DNA of 63,301 bases, the filler included, from Reclinomonas americana ATCC 50394 (Eukaryota): assembly GCA_048213135.1 (NCBI GenBank). It is 4 parts of 2 records of this genome, joined end to end, with 100 filler letters (N's around TTAATTAATTAA, not from the genome) between each part and the next. Parts side by side here need not be neighbours in the genome. Positions count along the whole stretch, not along the records: positions 1 to 28,493 come from PS015261.1; 3 more parts are not named here. The stretch is one strand, 5' to 3'. Positions 1 to 16,593 of this stretch are shown one piece after another. Under the pieces are notes generated by a model, which was given only the letters and a program-made list of their open reading frames with translations, was not told the origin of the DNA and ran no database searches. The position numbers were made by a program, and so were the translations under genes. Position 1 is the stretch's first letter. The number at the start of each line of letters is the position of its first letter.

Positions 1-65
1 GAGAGAGAGAGGGAGAGGGAGAGGGAGAGGGAGAGGGAGAAGGTGGTGTCAGCGCGCGAACAAGA

Positions 66-480
66 GATGAAGTGCCACTGGACGACAACGAAACTGGCGA
101 CGCGGCCATGCCCAGGTAGCACAGCTGACCGTCCAGCAGCAGCCGCTGGCTCTTTGGCCGCAAATAAATGTCACCATTGGAGGTGGTGTTGGTGGTGCGA
201 ATCACCAAGCCGGTGCTGTCGTGCGTAAAGGTGACTGTGTGTGTGCGTGTGATCACAGATGAGTAAGTCAGCACTGGCAAAGTGCACGCTTGAATGGACG
301 CACCACCACTGGCACTCTGCGAGTCGACCATGCCAAAGTTAAAGCGCGATGTCGCCACCGTCACGTCCTCGTTGAAGCGCACACCGCCACCAATGAGGGT
401 CTCGAGGATGATCTCGCTCTCGGTGGAGACCGGGAAGGAAGTGGACGGTGCTGTAGCAGCAGCGCGAGTCAGTCTCCCCT

Positions 481-527
<47 letters not shown>

Positions 528-3156
528 TACGNNNNNNNNNNNNNNNNNNNNACGGACGGCCATGAGCCAGGTCACCCTCGGACCGATCACATTGTCGCTT
601 GTGGGATGCGGGGAAATTCGATGCGCGGCAAAATGCAACGAGAACCGCTGAAAATCTAACAACAGTGTGCAACACGAGAGAGTGTGTGGAGGGGAGGAGA
701 GAGAAGAGCGTGTGCCTACTTTTGCTATCTTGCGTGCCTGTGTGTGTGCAGCGAAGAGGAGAGAGCGAGGAAAAGAGATATGTTCGATTGTGCCGGTCGA
801 TCGGCGCTCCGATGGATTTCCACCCCACCATACCTTGCACGACCAGGCCGCCGGTGATGACCCAGCTTGTCCACAGCTGGCGCGACGCAAACACAAAGAT
901 GATAAAGGCCACCTGCGCGCGAGAAGGGAAAACGTCAGCACAGACAGATGAGAAATTGTGTGCCGAGTGACAAACCAGGAGCAACACGATCGCCGCCACG
1001 ACGCCCGTGATCACCGCCAGCCAGCAGCGCGTCCGTCTGGACATGCGCACAATGTGCTTGTCCCTGTACGAGCGGCGCATGAGCACAGAGAGAGCGAGAA
1101 AATAACAAGAGAAATATCAAACGAGCGCGCAACTCGAGCAGGAGATATCGCAGCGCCTGATCGCGGTCCGGTGTGAGACCGGAGCCGAGTGTGGAGCTGT
1201 TGGTCGTCAGGTCGTTGCCGGGTGTCACGCTGTCAAAGTAAAAGGCCTTGCCACTCTTGCCGTCGAGGTCGGTCGGCGCCGTACGCAGTGTCACGCGGCG
1301 GCCCGTCGGAGCCGGCAACTCAAACATGGGTTGCAGTCTGCCAGCAAGACAAGGGTGAGACACACACGCACACAGATAGCCTCATTCTCCTGCACCTCCC
1401 GCCTCACCTCGACGGTCGGGGCGCCACACCACCGTCGCCCATTGGCCGCAAGTACGAGCGGCCGTGGACGGGCGAGGAGAGCGGACTGCCGCTGATCTCG
1501 CGCAGCTGCAGCAGTCGCTGGTGTGCCTTGTCGGTGTTGCTGGACGCTGTGTCGTCGTCCTCGTCCACCTCCACCATGGACGACTTGCGGCGCGTCTTGC
1601 CGTCCGCCTGGTCCGCCGTGTCGCTGACCACGGAGCGATTGTCTTCCACATCGCCGGGGGTCGGCATGCCGTCAGTCTCGTTGCCGGTGCGTGAGCCCGC
1701 ACGTGAACCCGACCGGCTCTGTCGCGCACTCCAGCTGCGCCGCCGACCAGGTGGCGACCTCGGCTGTGGGGAGGTCGGGCTGCGCAACGAGCGCAGCTTC
1801 TCCTCGAGTTCGGCGCCCGGTGTGTCAATGGGCAACAGCGGCGGCTTGCGTGCACTCGGCAGCGTGCGTCTCTCCACCGGGTGGTCGGTGCCAATGTACT
1901 CGAGGTGACGACGCGAGCGCTTCGTCTCCGCGTCCTCCTCCTCATCGTGCTGCTTCTTACCACCACCAGCTGTCACGTCGCTGCTGCTGCGCCGACGCAA
2001 GTGGCCACCAGCATCCGTCACGCGCATGTCGTCCTCGTCCTCGACACCCTTCACGCGATCATACGGTGACACAAACGGCTGCACGGGCGTGCGATTGCCA
2101 GAGTCCCCTCTCGTGTGCCCATTCGACATGAAGGAGGCGCCTGGCGGTGCAGGCAGACGTGGTGGTGGACCAACAGCCGGCAGCGTGTGTGGCTGCTGCG
2201 GCTGCTGCTGCTGCTGTTGCAACGGCAGTGGCGGCGAGTGACGCACCGGTTGATGCCGCTGCACCGGCGACAGACGCGTGTACTCCTGATAGTACGCAGG
2301 CGGCGACGGAGTGCGTGGTGGTGGCAGTCGTGGATCCCATTGAGTCTGCACGCAGCAAAGACGTGAGCATCGCGTCGTGGACGCAAAAGCAACACACTGC
2401 AACGAAACGCTGGACGGTCGTCCCACAGCCGGCGTGGCGGCATTCACCGAGCGCCCACCAAACACGCTGTTGGCATCCTGAAACAACGACACGCCACTGT
2501 AACCATCCTCGGTCACTGTGTGCGGCGAGTGATCAGTCGTCCGCGCAGCGCCTACAGAACGCAATCTACACTACCACAGACCACTGGCGCGCACAGCTCG
2601 CGAGCCACCGCCCCGCGCCGCCGCCGTAGACACTGGCGAGCCGGGGGAGACGTGCTGCAGCGGCTGCAGCACTGGCACCGAGGGAGACGGTGGAGAGAGC
2701 ACGCCGTAGCCAATCAACGACGTGTCATCGTTGCTCATCTGACTGTCGCCGCCGGGGCTACCGGCGCGCATGGGAAGCCGTGAGTGGTCGCCCATTCGCA
2801 TATCTGAATCAGCGTGTGTGTGAGAGAGACAGAGTGATGCGCGCACAATCATGGATGGACTCACCGAGGAACGGCGAGTTGGCGCGCGTGTTGAACTGTG
2901 ACGAGCGGCGCATGTGTTGTGGGCTTGACTGACGCGAGAGTGCCTCCTGTGTATGTGGAGAGAGTGAGCGTGTTGTGCGACAGCGTGTACCGGACATGGC
3001 GCAAGTGCCCCAGCCCCGCACCGGCTTTGGCACTTCGTCCTCGCCCTCGCCCTCTGCGCCCTCGCGATCGCTGTCGGTGTTGTCTGGCGAGGGTGGGTCA
3101 GCGGGCAGTCGAGGCACTCCTTGGGCCGGAGCCGCCGATGGAGGTTGTGCGCTCAT
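66..3156 (-). CDS. Multi-exon hypothetical type II membrane protein (long Ser/Pro/Arg-rich N-terminus, one TM helix, beta-rich C-terminal part); 3' end runs off the window
   Basis: ATG at 3156 (MSAQPPSAAP...), long low-complexity exons around 1404-2400, a hydrophobic segment CWLAVITGVVAAIVLLL near 975-1030, then exons such as ESEIILETLIGGGVRFNEDVTV and FTHDSTGLVIRTTNTTSNGDIYLRP. No recognised family; exon boundaries approximate. Confidence 0.5.
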
Positions 3157-3299
3157 GACGCAGAGACGGAAAAGGCAGTGAGGTGATGGGGCGATGTGAC
3201 ACCCGGTGGTCATAAGAAGAGTGGAGAAACAAATCAAGCCAAGTGCAGCACAGCTGCATGATGATCAATGAGTAAAGATCCACTGGTCAGCCACGCTTA

Positions 3300-3711
3300 T
3301 GCGGTGAAGATCGCAGTTCTCGACTTGTTCGGAGCTCCGAGAGCGAACACACACACACAAGAAACCTGCTGCTTCCTCAAGATTGGTGTCTGTGTTGATG
3401 TTTTGGATACGGTTGAACTTGGTCATCCCGACAGCTGTGAGGTTGTTGCTGTTTGTTGTTGTTGACGAATGAAGCAGGCACGAGAAAAAATCGGCGTTTC
3501 TGCAAGAGAAACGGCTTGTAATTGACGCCAAATTCGATCGCGATCGCGAATTCCAACAAGAGTGCAGCTTGCAAGAAGTGGTGTGAACAATTCATAACAA
3601 ACAAGCAGCTAGTCCAACCATATACAAAACATCAACACAAACACCAGCCTTGAGGGCAGCAGCAGGTTTCTGTGTTCGCTCTCGGAGCTTCGAACTGCGA
3701 TCTTCACCGCA
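3300..3711. mobile_element. Foldback/MITE-like element with long imperfect terminal inverted repeats
   Basis: 3300-3419 (tgcggtgaagatcgcagtt...gagagcgaacac...gaaacctgctgc...ctcaag...tgtgttgatgtttt) is the imperfect reverse complement of 3611-3711. A related arm occurs at 15439-15540. No transposase seen. Confidence 0.55.
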
Positions 3712-3758
3712 AAGTCACAAGGAAGACCAAGCAAAGCAAGACAACGTCCATTTGAGTC

Positions 3759-4478
3759 TCAGTACTGGCAGGCCCACACTGGTGCGTGCAGATCCTGCAG
3801 CTTGATGATCAGGCTGAAGCCCTTGACGGAGGGCTCGGCGCAGTCCTTGGTGCGCAAACGCGGGGCGGCCGAGCTGCTGTCGGCGTACTGTATCATGACA
3901 GAAGGTGGGTGAGAGAGGGCCGAGAAGGAGAGTGGAGCGCCGAATGCATATACCTCACAGGCAAAGATCGGCTTGCCGTGGTCGAGGAAGGCGTCGTACG
4001 TGTCGCACTCGTCGTATTGGAGACACGACTCGACGACAGCGTACTCCATGAGCGGCTGTGGAGGAGGAGGAATGAGGAGGGGGAGGGGAGAGAAACAAGG
4101 AACGGTGGAGGAGCAGCACCTGTGCCTTCGTGGCCAGGTCGTTTGTGTTCTTCAGTCCGACGGCCAGTCCGCGGGCGTGCCCCTCGGTGGAGAGGAACGT
4201 GAGGTAGTCCATGGCTACGAGGGCGAGTGAGTGGGAGAGGGAGAGGGAGGGAGAGGGAGAGGGAGACTCGCCACCGCAGGAACAGAAAAATCCAAGCACA
4301 GTCCATGACACAGAAGAGAAACGGGAGAGAAAGGAGAGACACGATCACGACGACGACGGCCGTTTCTAACTTTGCCACCGCATGTGCAGGAACTTTGCGG
4401 TATGTGGTCGCCCAGTGCGCTCATGGCACAAGAGAGAAAAAGGTGAGAGAATAGAGTGGAGAGGAAGAGAAGAGAGCG

Positions 4479-4549
<71 letters not shown>

Positions 4550-5933
4550 GACGACGTACGNNNNNNNNNNNNNNNNNNNNNNNNNNNNNNNNNNNNNNNN
4601 NNNNNNNNNNNNNNNNNNNNNNNNNNNNNNNNNNNNNNNNNNNNNNNNNNNNNNNNNNNNNNNNNNNNNNNNNNNNNNNNNNNNNNNNNNNNNNNNNNNN
4701 NNNNNNNNNNNNNNNNNNNNNNNNNNNNNNNNNNNNNNNNNNNNNNNNNNNNNNNNNNNNNNNNNNNNNNNNNNNNNNNNNNNNNNNNNNNNNNNNNNNN
4801 NNNNNNNNNNNNNNNNNNNNNNNNNNNNNNNNNNNNNNNNNNNNNNNNNNNNNNNNNNNNNNNNNNNNNNNNNNNNNNNNNNNNNNNNNNNNNNNNNNNN
4901 NNNNNNNNNNNNNNNNNNNNNNNNNNNNNNNNNNNNNNNNNNNNNNNNNNNNNNNNNNNNNNNNNNNNNNNNNNNNNNNNNNNNNNNNNNNNNNNNNNNN
5001 NNNNNNNNNNNNNNNNNNNNNNNNNNNNNNNNNNNNNNNNNNNNNNNNNNNNNNNNNNNNNNNNNNNNNNNNNNNNNNNNNNNNNNNNNNNNNNNNNNNN
5101 NNNNNNNNNNNNNNNNNNNNNNNNNNNNNNNNNNNNNNNNNNNNNNNNNNNNNNNNNNNNNNNNNNNNNNNNNNNNNNNNNNNNNNNNNNNNNNNNNNNN
5201 NNNNNNNNNNNNNNNNNNNNNNNNNNNNNNNNNNNNNNNNNNNNNNNNNNNNNNNNNNNNNNNNNNNNNNNNNNNNNNNNNNNNNNNNNNNNNNNNNNNN
5301 NNNNNNNNNNNNNNNNNNNNNNNNNNNNNNNATCGACATTGTCGGGCTCCACTCCGTCGCACTGCTTCGACACGGCGAGATCCATGCGCTGCTGCATGAT
5401 GTGGCGCACGTTGGCAGAGCGCGTGTCGAGCCAGCGCTCGCCGGGCCACCCGTCGAGTGGCTTGCCCATGTCGGAGGCCTTGAACTCTTTGAAGTCGGGG
5501 CGCCAGTTTTCCGAGCTGCCGGCGGAGAAGTAGCAGATGACGTGGTGGGTGGCGTTGTGCAGCTGGTCGATGACGGATTGTGGGGTGCTGTGCGCGTGTG
5601 AGAGCACAGAGAGGGCGAGAGAGAGAGGGTGGATGGAAGGATGTAATGCGCAACTCAAAGAGATCAATGTCAAACACTTGTGCGGGCACTGAGGTGTCGA
5701 TGGTGCCGGTGAGCTGCCACTGCCACTTGGTACCGGCAGGAGGCTGCCACACAGTGCCGTTGTTGACGCGAGCGAGTGCTTTATCACGGAAGAGTGTGAG
5801 AAGAGGATAATGCACTGCATGTGTGTGTGGGTGTGCAGACGGACGCACCACGCGCTTCGGTGGGAGCGGAGAAGAGACTGATGCATAGCAAGGCGAGGAG
5901 CAGTGTGGCGACGAGAGCGCCCCTGCGCAGCAT
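3759..5933 (-). CDS. Secreted GH114 endo-alpha-1,4-polygalactosaminidase (Ega3-like); one exon lost in the gap
   Basis: Signal peptide MLRRGALVATLLLALLCISLFSA; motifs WQWQL, DIDLFD, VICYFSAGSSENWRPD, LDGWPGERWLD, CDGVEPDNVD, GLAVGLKN, AVVESC, KPIFACEY match GH114. Confidence 0.88.
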
Positions 5934-6206
5934 GATGTTTGCGATGGTGGTGAGCTGTGGTGGCGGACACAAGATATCGGAACGTCGCGTCGATATTTCA
6001 CTGCAGTTGTCTCCCTCGCTGCGTGGGCAAGTCACTGAGCGACGAGTGGGTGGTGCAGACAAGGCACTGAGGCGGGCTGTCACGAGCGACTTCAAGAAAA
6101 CCGGATTCAGTTTCTCACCAAAGCGGCGAGATCGCGTCAACAAGGTCCTCTTCCGGATCCTCCATTCATTAATCATTAACTATTATTTATGCAAGCTGAT
6201 TGCAAC

Positions 6207-6500
6207 TCACGCCTCCGACTGCCTGGCGACTGGAATGGCGTGGCGCACAATTGGCACGACGTTGTTGTCTTGCGGGCCACGCAAGCGCAGCACCAAGTGC
6301 ACAATGGCATTCTCCTGAATGTTGTAGTCCGCCATGGTCCGCTCGTCCACCATTCCGCGTCCGCGATTGATCAGGCGCTGCGAATCGAGAGCGTATCCCC
6401 ACGCCTGGAAAATCTTGTGCTTCAGCGCAACCACAGTGTCCGCCGCCTCCACATCCACGACCGTGGACGCTCCGTTCAGTGTCACCACAGTAATCTGCAT
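6207..6500 (-). CDS. Single-exon ubiquitin-like protein, 97 aa, LRLRGP instead of LRLRGG plus 21-aa tail
   Basis: MQITVVTLNG...QRLINRG...RTMADYNIQENAIVHLVLRLRGP aligns without gaps to ubiquitin residues 1-76. Confidence 0.85.
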   Translation of the reverse strand: MQITVVTLNGASTVVDVEAADTVVALKHKIFQAWGYALDSQRLINRGRGMVDERTMADYNIQENAIVHLVLRLRGPQDNNVVPIVRHAIPVARQSEA

Positions 6501-6674
6501 TGTCTGCTCTCCTTGATTTCGAGTTCAAGCTGCTATTTCCAAATTCGAACGGCGTCGATATCGATCATGCATTGAATGTGCAGCAAAAATGCACGCAAGT
6601 TTCGTGCATGTTGTTGGGGACGCCAATCACCTTCGCGAGCCTTGTCATGCTGCGGTGCACGCGGTGGAAGTACG

Positions 6675-9600
6675 ATGGCCAGCGCAGGAGGAGCAGCTGC
6701 AGTGGCTGCGCCAAACTCCCCTCTCGGTCCGGATCCTCACGAGGTACGTACGCACATGGGTGAAGTGACCTGCACTCATCACTCCACGCTCCAGCAGCCT
6801 CGGAGTCACGACAGGCGAGCGTTACCGTCGGAAACGAGCATTTACGAAATTGCTCGAATCGCCGAAAATTCCACTCACACACTGTCAACAAACAAAGGTG
6901 AGCGAAGAAGAGCCCCGCTGTTTCTGTGTTATCCCGCGCGCTCTCCTTGGCACACCACAACATCTTCTCTCTCGCACACACACACGCACTCTCTTTTACA
7001 TTGTGTTGCGTGGGTGTCTGTGTCCAGTTGGCGCAAAAATAGCCTCGCAACTGCGTCGTCGTTCTCACACGCACACACAAACAACTGCCACTCTCAACTC
7101 ACACATCTTGTCAAACACACGCGCACACACACACGAACAGAGAGAGAGACACACGCACATTCACACATCGTAAAAGTCAGAAGCACCTGACAATTGCCGA
7201 CGACTGAATTGTTGTACGCACGCGTGCACACAGTGACAGCGAGAGAATGACAGAAACGCACTGTCAGACAACGCGCACAACGGTGATTTCTTCACATGCG
7301 ACTCGCATCAAACTCACTTTGCTATTTCTTCCCCCTTTCCCCTTGTTATTATTGTAGATGGAACACGTTCGACTGAAGGTGTTTTTCGCGGATGGAGTGA
7401 CGGTGAAGCGATTCCCGTTGCCGGCGATGGCGACGCTGTCGGCGCTGTTGCAGGCGCTGAGTCAGTATGCGGTGGGGTTGGGCGAGACGGCGCTGCCGAC
7501 GCGCTTCTACCTCGAGTATGACGACGATGAGGGCGATCGTGTGGGATTCGCCTCGGAGCAGGTGTGTGTATAGTTGGGGAAGGGGGGAACGAGACCTTGT
7601 TGACGTCTCCGATCAATCTCCAGTCTTGTGCTCCATCCACTGCTTGTTTTCTCCATTCTTGCTTCGTCGCGTGCTGTGCTGCGAGTTGTGTCTTCCTTGT
7701 TTGTGTGAGATCCTTGCTCCTTGGCGTCAAGCAAACCATCTTTTGCAGATCTTGTGAGAACTTTTCTCGATGACACCAATCTTGCTTGCTTGAGACCCTT
7801 GCTCCTTGGCATATCTTGAAAGCCACCTGTTGCTGAACTCGGGCTCCGCATTGCGCGTCTTCTTTGAGTTTATCTTCCTTGTTTGCTCCGTCAGCTGGCT
7901 TCCCTTCCGTTGCTGACGTCTGACATCTTTTCTCTGTCACGCCGAGCCTTCATCTTCCTTGTTTGCGTGGGACCTTTGCATTCCATTTTCTGCTTATCTT
8001 GTGAGAATTTTCCTTAGTCGCACGAGCCTTCACCTCTCTTGCTTCGCGAGGCATTTGCTCCGTGACCGCTTGTTCTCTCCATTCTTGCTTCATCTCGTGT
8101 TGTTCTGCGAGTTTCTGTCTTCCTTGATCTTTGCTTCTTGGCACCTGTTGTACTGCTTTCTGCTGATCTTGTGAGACCTTTTTTCGATCACGTCGATCCT
8201 TCACCATCTTGCTCTTGCATCTCTTGAAGACCGAGTACTTCTGCGTGATCCTTGTTCCATCGTACCCTTGTATCCAGTCCTTGTCGTTCTTGTTTTGTGT
8301 CGTTTGCTCCATCACTGTTCGTTCCTCCTGTCCTCCTCCTTCTCCTCTCCTTTCCTCTTTCTCCTTTCCTCCCCCGCTCTCCATTCTCCTCCCCCCCTTC
8401 TCCATTCCCCACTCACCCCTTCTCCTTCTCCTCCCCCCTCGCAGGAATGGGTGGAGGCCAAGCGCATTGCTCTGCACATGGAGCGCCCGCTGAAGCTGCG
8501 CGTGATTGCCGGCTCGAGTGGCCCGCACCTGGCGCCGGCGCCGGTGCTCATCAACTCGGGCAGCAGCGCTCTGCCGCTCCTCAGCGAGTCGTCCATGGCG
8601 CCCGGCCTGACCGTTTCCGGCAGCAATGGCAGTGGCAGCAGCAGCGTGCCGCGTGTCCCCGCGCCGCCGGTGAATCCGCGCGACGAGATTGGCGAGTCGT
8701 GGGTCATGGTCGATCACCCGGCCTCGCCGACGCTGGTGGTCCCCATTCCTTCGGCGGAGCACGCGGCCGACGACGCTGTTGATGAGTCCGTGGCGCAACC
8801 GTCACTGTCCATCTCCTCGGCCGTGTCGCCAATGCTGGCGGTGGAGGAGGAGGACACGTCGGTCAACGCACTGCCGCCACCGCCGCCGTTTGTGGAGGAG
8901 GTGGAGGAGGTGCCGCTGATCTCCCCGGTGTCGGAGCCGTCACCTGCCCCGCAAGAGATGGAGATTCTGGCCCCGCCGGCCCCAGCTCCAGTGCCTGAAT
9001 CCGCCCCTGTCCCAGCGCCAGCGCCAGTGCCAGTGGCATCCTCGGCCAGCGACGCGATCAGCGAGGCCGCCCGCAACGAGCATGTGGCCTCGTCGCCGGC
9101 AGTGGTTTCCTCGGTCCCGGCCTGGGCTTCCGCTTCGCAGCAGCGCCCAGTGCTGCCAATGGCCAAATTTGTGGCCGACGCGCAGTTCGAACCCGGTACG
9201 GAGGTGGAGGCCGCCACCTGGTTCACCAAGACGTGGCGCATCGGAAACCCGAAGGAAGCGTGCGTTCTCATCTCTTTTCTTTAGTCATCTTCTCTTCCTT
9301 TGCTGACTTTTGTGTTGTTTGTTTTCCAGGCCTTCGGATTGGCCGCCAGGATGCTACCTGAAGATGGTGGACGGCACGCTGCTGGAGGGTGCACGCGACG
9401 TGCACATTGTGTGCCCGGTGGGCCTGCGACCTCGTGAGACGGCCGACTTTTCGGTGCGCGTGCAAGCGCCGCGCGTGCCGGGCCACTACGTGTCGCACTT
9501 CCGTCTGCACACGCCGACCGGCAACTCGTTTGGCGAGGTGTACTCGATCCGTATGAACGTCATCCCGCGTGGTGTGGACGATTCGTCGCCGATTCCACTG

Positions 9601-10009
9601 GCTGCCATGGTGGCCGCTCACCCGCCGCCGCCACCACCGCCACCGCCACCAATGCTGCCGCCGCAGCCGCAGCCGCAGCCGGAGCCATTTGTGCCGATGC
9701 CGCCGCAGCCGGCGCCGTTTGTGCCACCGCAGCCTGTGGCGGCCCCGGCGCCGGTGCTGTCGCCCGAGGCCATGGACGCCATCCAGGTGTTGGTGGAGAT
9801 GGGTTTCTCGCAGACGCTGTCGACTTACTACGTGCAGAAGACCAATGGCAATCTTGAGCAAGCACTCGAGGTATGTGGTGGGAGAGAGGGAGATGGAGAT
9901 GGAGGGGAAGAGTGTGTGTGCGGAGACTCATTGTTTTGTGTGGTCGCAGATGCTCATGGAGGTGCAAGAGCGCGTTCGTGCGGCGCAGGCCAGTGACCAT
10001 GATCTGTAA
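6675..10009 (+). CDS. NBR1: NBR1-like selective autophagy receptor (PB1 - LIR - FW - UBA)
   Basis: Exons 6675-6743, 7358-7561, 8445-9259, 9330-9870, 9950-10009. PB1 (LKVFF...YLEYDDDEGDRVGFASEQEW), LIR-like DEIGESWVMV, FW domain (AKFVAD...FTKTWRIGN...WPPG...APRVPGHYVSHFRL), UBA (LVEMGFS...GNLEQALEML). Confidence 0.82.
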
Positions 10010-10099
10010 AGTCGACGTTTGTCGTGCACCAGCAGATAGCAGCAGCCCGTGTGTGTATTGAGTGAAGGGAGGAATTGTGTTGTGTACTATGCATTTTAA

Positions 10100-14996
<4,897 letters not shown>

Positions 14997-15438
14997 TTGT
15001 GGTGGTGGAGGCAGCTGAGCGCGGTGGTGACTGCGAAGTTCGAATTCGAACAAACTGCACTCGCCTGCGTTTGCAAGCCGGGTCGGCATGCATCGAGCGG
15101 TCCAGGTGCGATAAGAACATGCGCTGCCTCAGGAGCCACCCGAGTCTGTGGCTCAGTCATGTTTTCCTGTCGGTTTCCGGCATATTGCGAACATCTTTCT
15201 TGCGCCACGGCGAGCTCTTGCTCACCAGAACCTTCGATCCTGAGTGCGCAACGGCCTGCTCCTCCCACAGTTGCTCTCGAGCTTGGCAAGCGTTCCCGCT
15301 GCGAGTCGGTGCGCTGCGTTTTCGCCGTTTCTTGCATTTCGGACAAGTGATCGTACGCGCTGCAGATCTGCGCGCTGGAAGCCTGGTACGCCAGCCGCAG
15401 GACCGTTAGGAGCACATGCAGCTCCAGATCTCGGTGCA

Positions 15439-15600
15439 GATCGCAGTTCTCGACTTGTTCGAAGCTCGGAGAGCGAACACAGACACAACAACAGAAATCC
15501 TGCCGCTGCCCTCAAGACTGGAGTTTGTGTTGCAATTGCTCCGGTAGGACAACAACATCTTTCCTGATCCAAACAGCAACACAGCTGCATGATGATCACC
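15439..15600. repeat. Dispersed copy of the 3300-3711 element arm, in the RAD17/MAPK divergent intergenic region
   Basis: gatcgcagttctcgacttgttcgaagctcggagagcgaacac...ctcaagactggagtttgtgttg matches 3309-3400; cacagctgcatgatgatca near 15580 matches 3249-3267. Confidence 0.75.
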
Positions 15601-16058
15601 ATCTCGACTTGCTCGTCGAGTATCGATATCTTGTTTGCCTGTTCATATGCATAGGAATGAATTGTTGTTGTACATGTCACGTGCACAGAACGCTTATCTT
15701 GCGCATGCACGCGTGATCGGTCCGCAACCATGCACCGACTTCGTATCACACGCACGCACTTCTCTGGACAGGCAGTCACGATCGCTGCTCCTGCTGCACA
15801 ATGCGCAATGTATGCATGCGCATGCATGACAAAATCAAAATATTCTCCCCGCAACGTCGACACCTCCTCGCCTCCACCACGCGCCCGCACCATTCCTTCA
15901 CACACACACACCACCACCACAACAACAAACAATTCGAAACCACAGAATCTCCACTGCACGCAGCGGGGAAACGATCGATCGATGTCCCGTTTGTCAGTCA
16001 CCACTCGCACCGATCGATCGCCCAAAGAGAGAGCGCGCACACACACACACCACTCTAC

Positions 16059-16528
16059 ATGTCTGCACACCATCAACACCACCATCACTATGGTGGCGAT
16101 GGCGGTGGCGGTGGCAGCAGTGGGGCGAGCTTCTACCCGCAGCCCTCCTCTGACATGGAGGATCTCTCTGCCTCCACAGGCTCTGCTGGTGCTGGTGGAG
16201 GAGGAGGAGTGGCAGGTGGAGGTGGTGCAGGTGGCATGTATGCGGGCATGGGAGGCGCGCGACGAGAAGTGCGGCAGATTTTGGGCACCACTTTCGACAT
16301 TGATGGGAGATATATGATTGAGCGTGGATTGTTGCGTTCGCTCTTCTTGTGTGTGTGTGTGCGTGTGCGAGAGAGAGAGAGAGAGTGTGAGAGAGAGAGA
16401 GACAAGAACACGCGCATGACAGATAATCTCTCACTCACTGCAGTCGCTCACAATCTCTCTCACTCTCTCTGACTCTCTCTCTCACTCACTCTCACACTCA
16501 CTGCACTCACTCACTCTCACACACTGCA

Positions 16529-16593
<65 letters not shown>

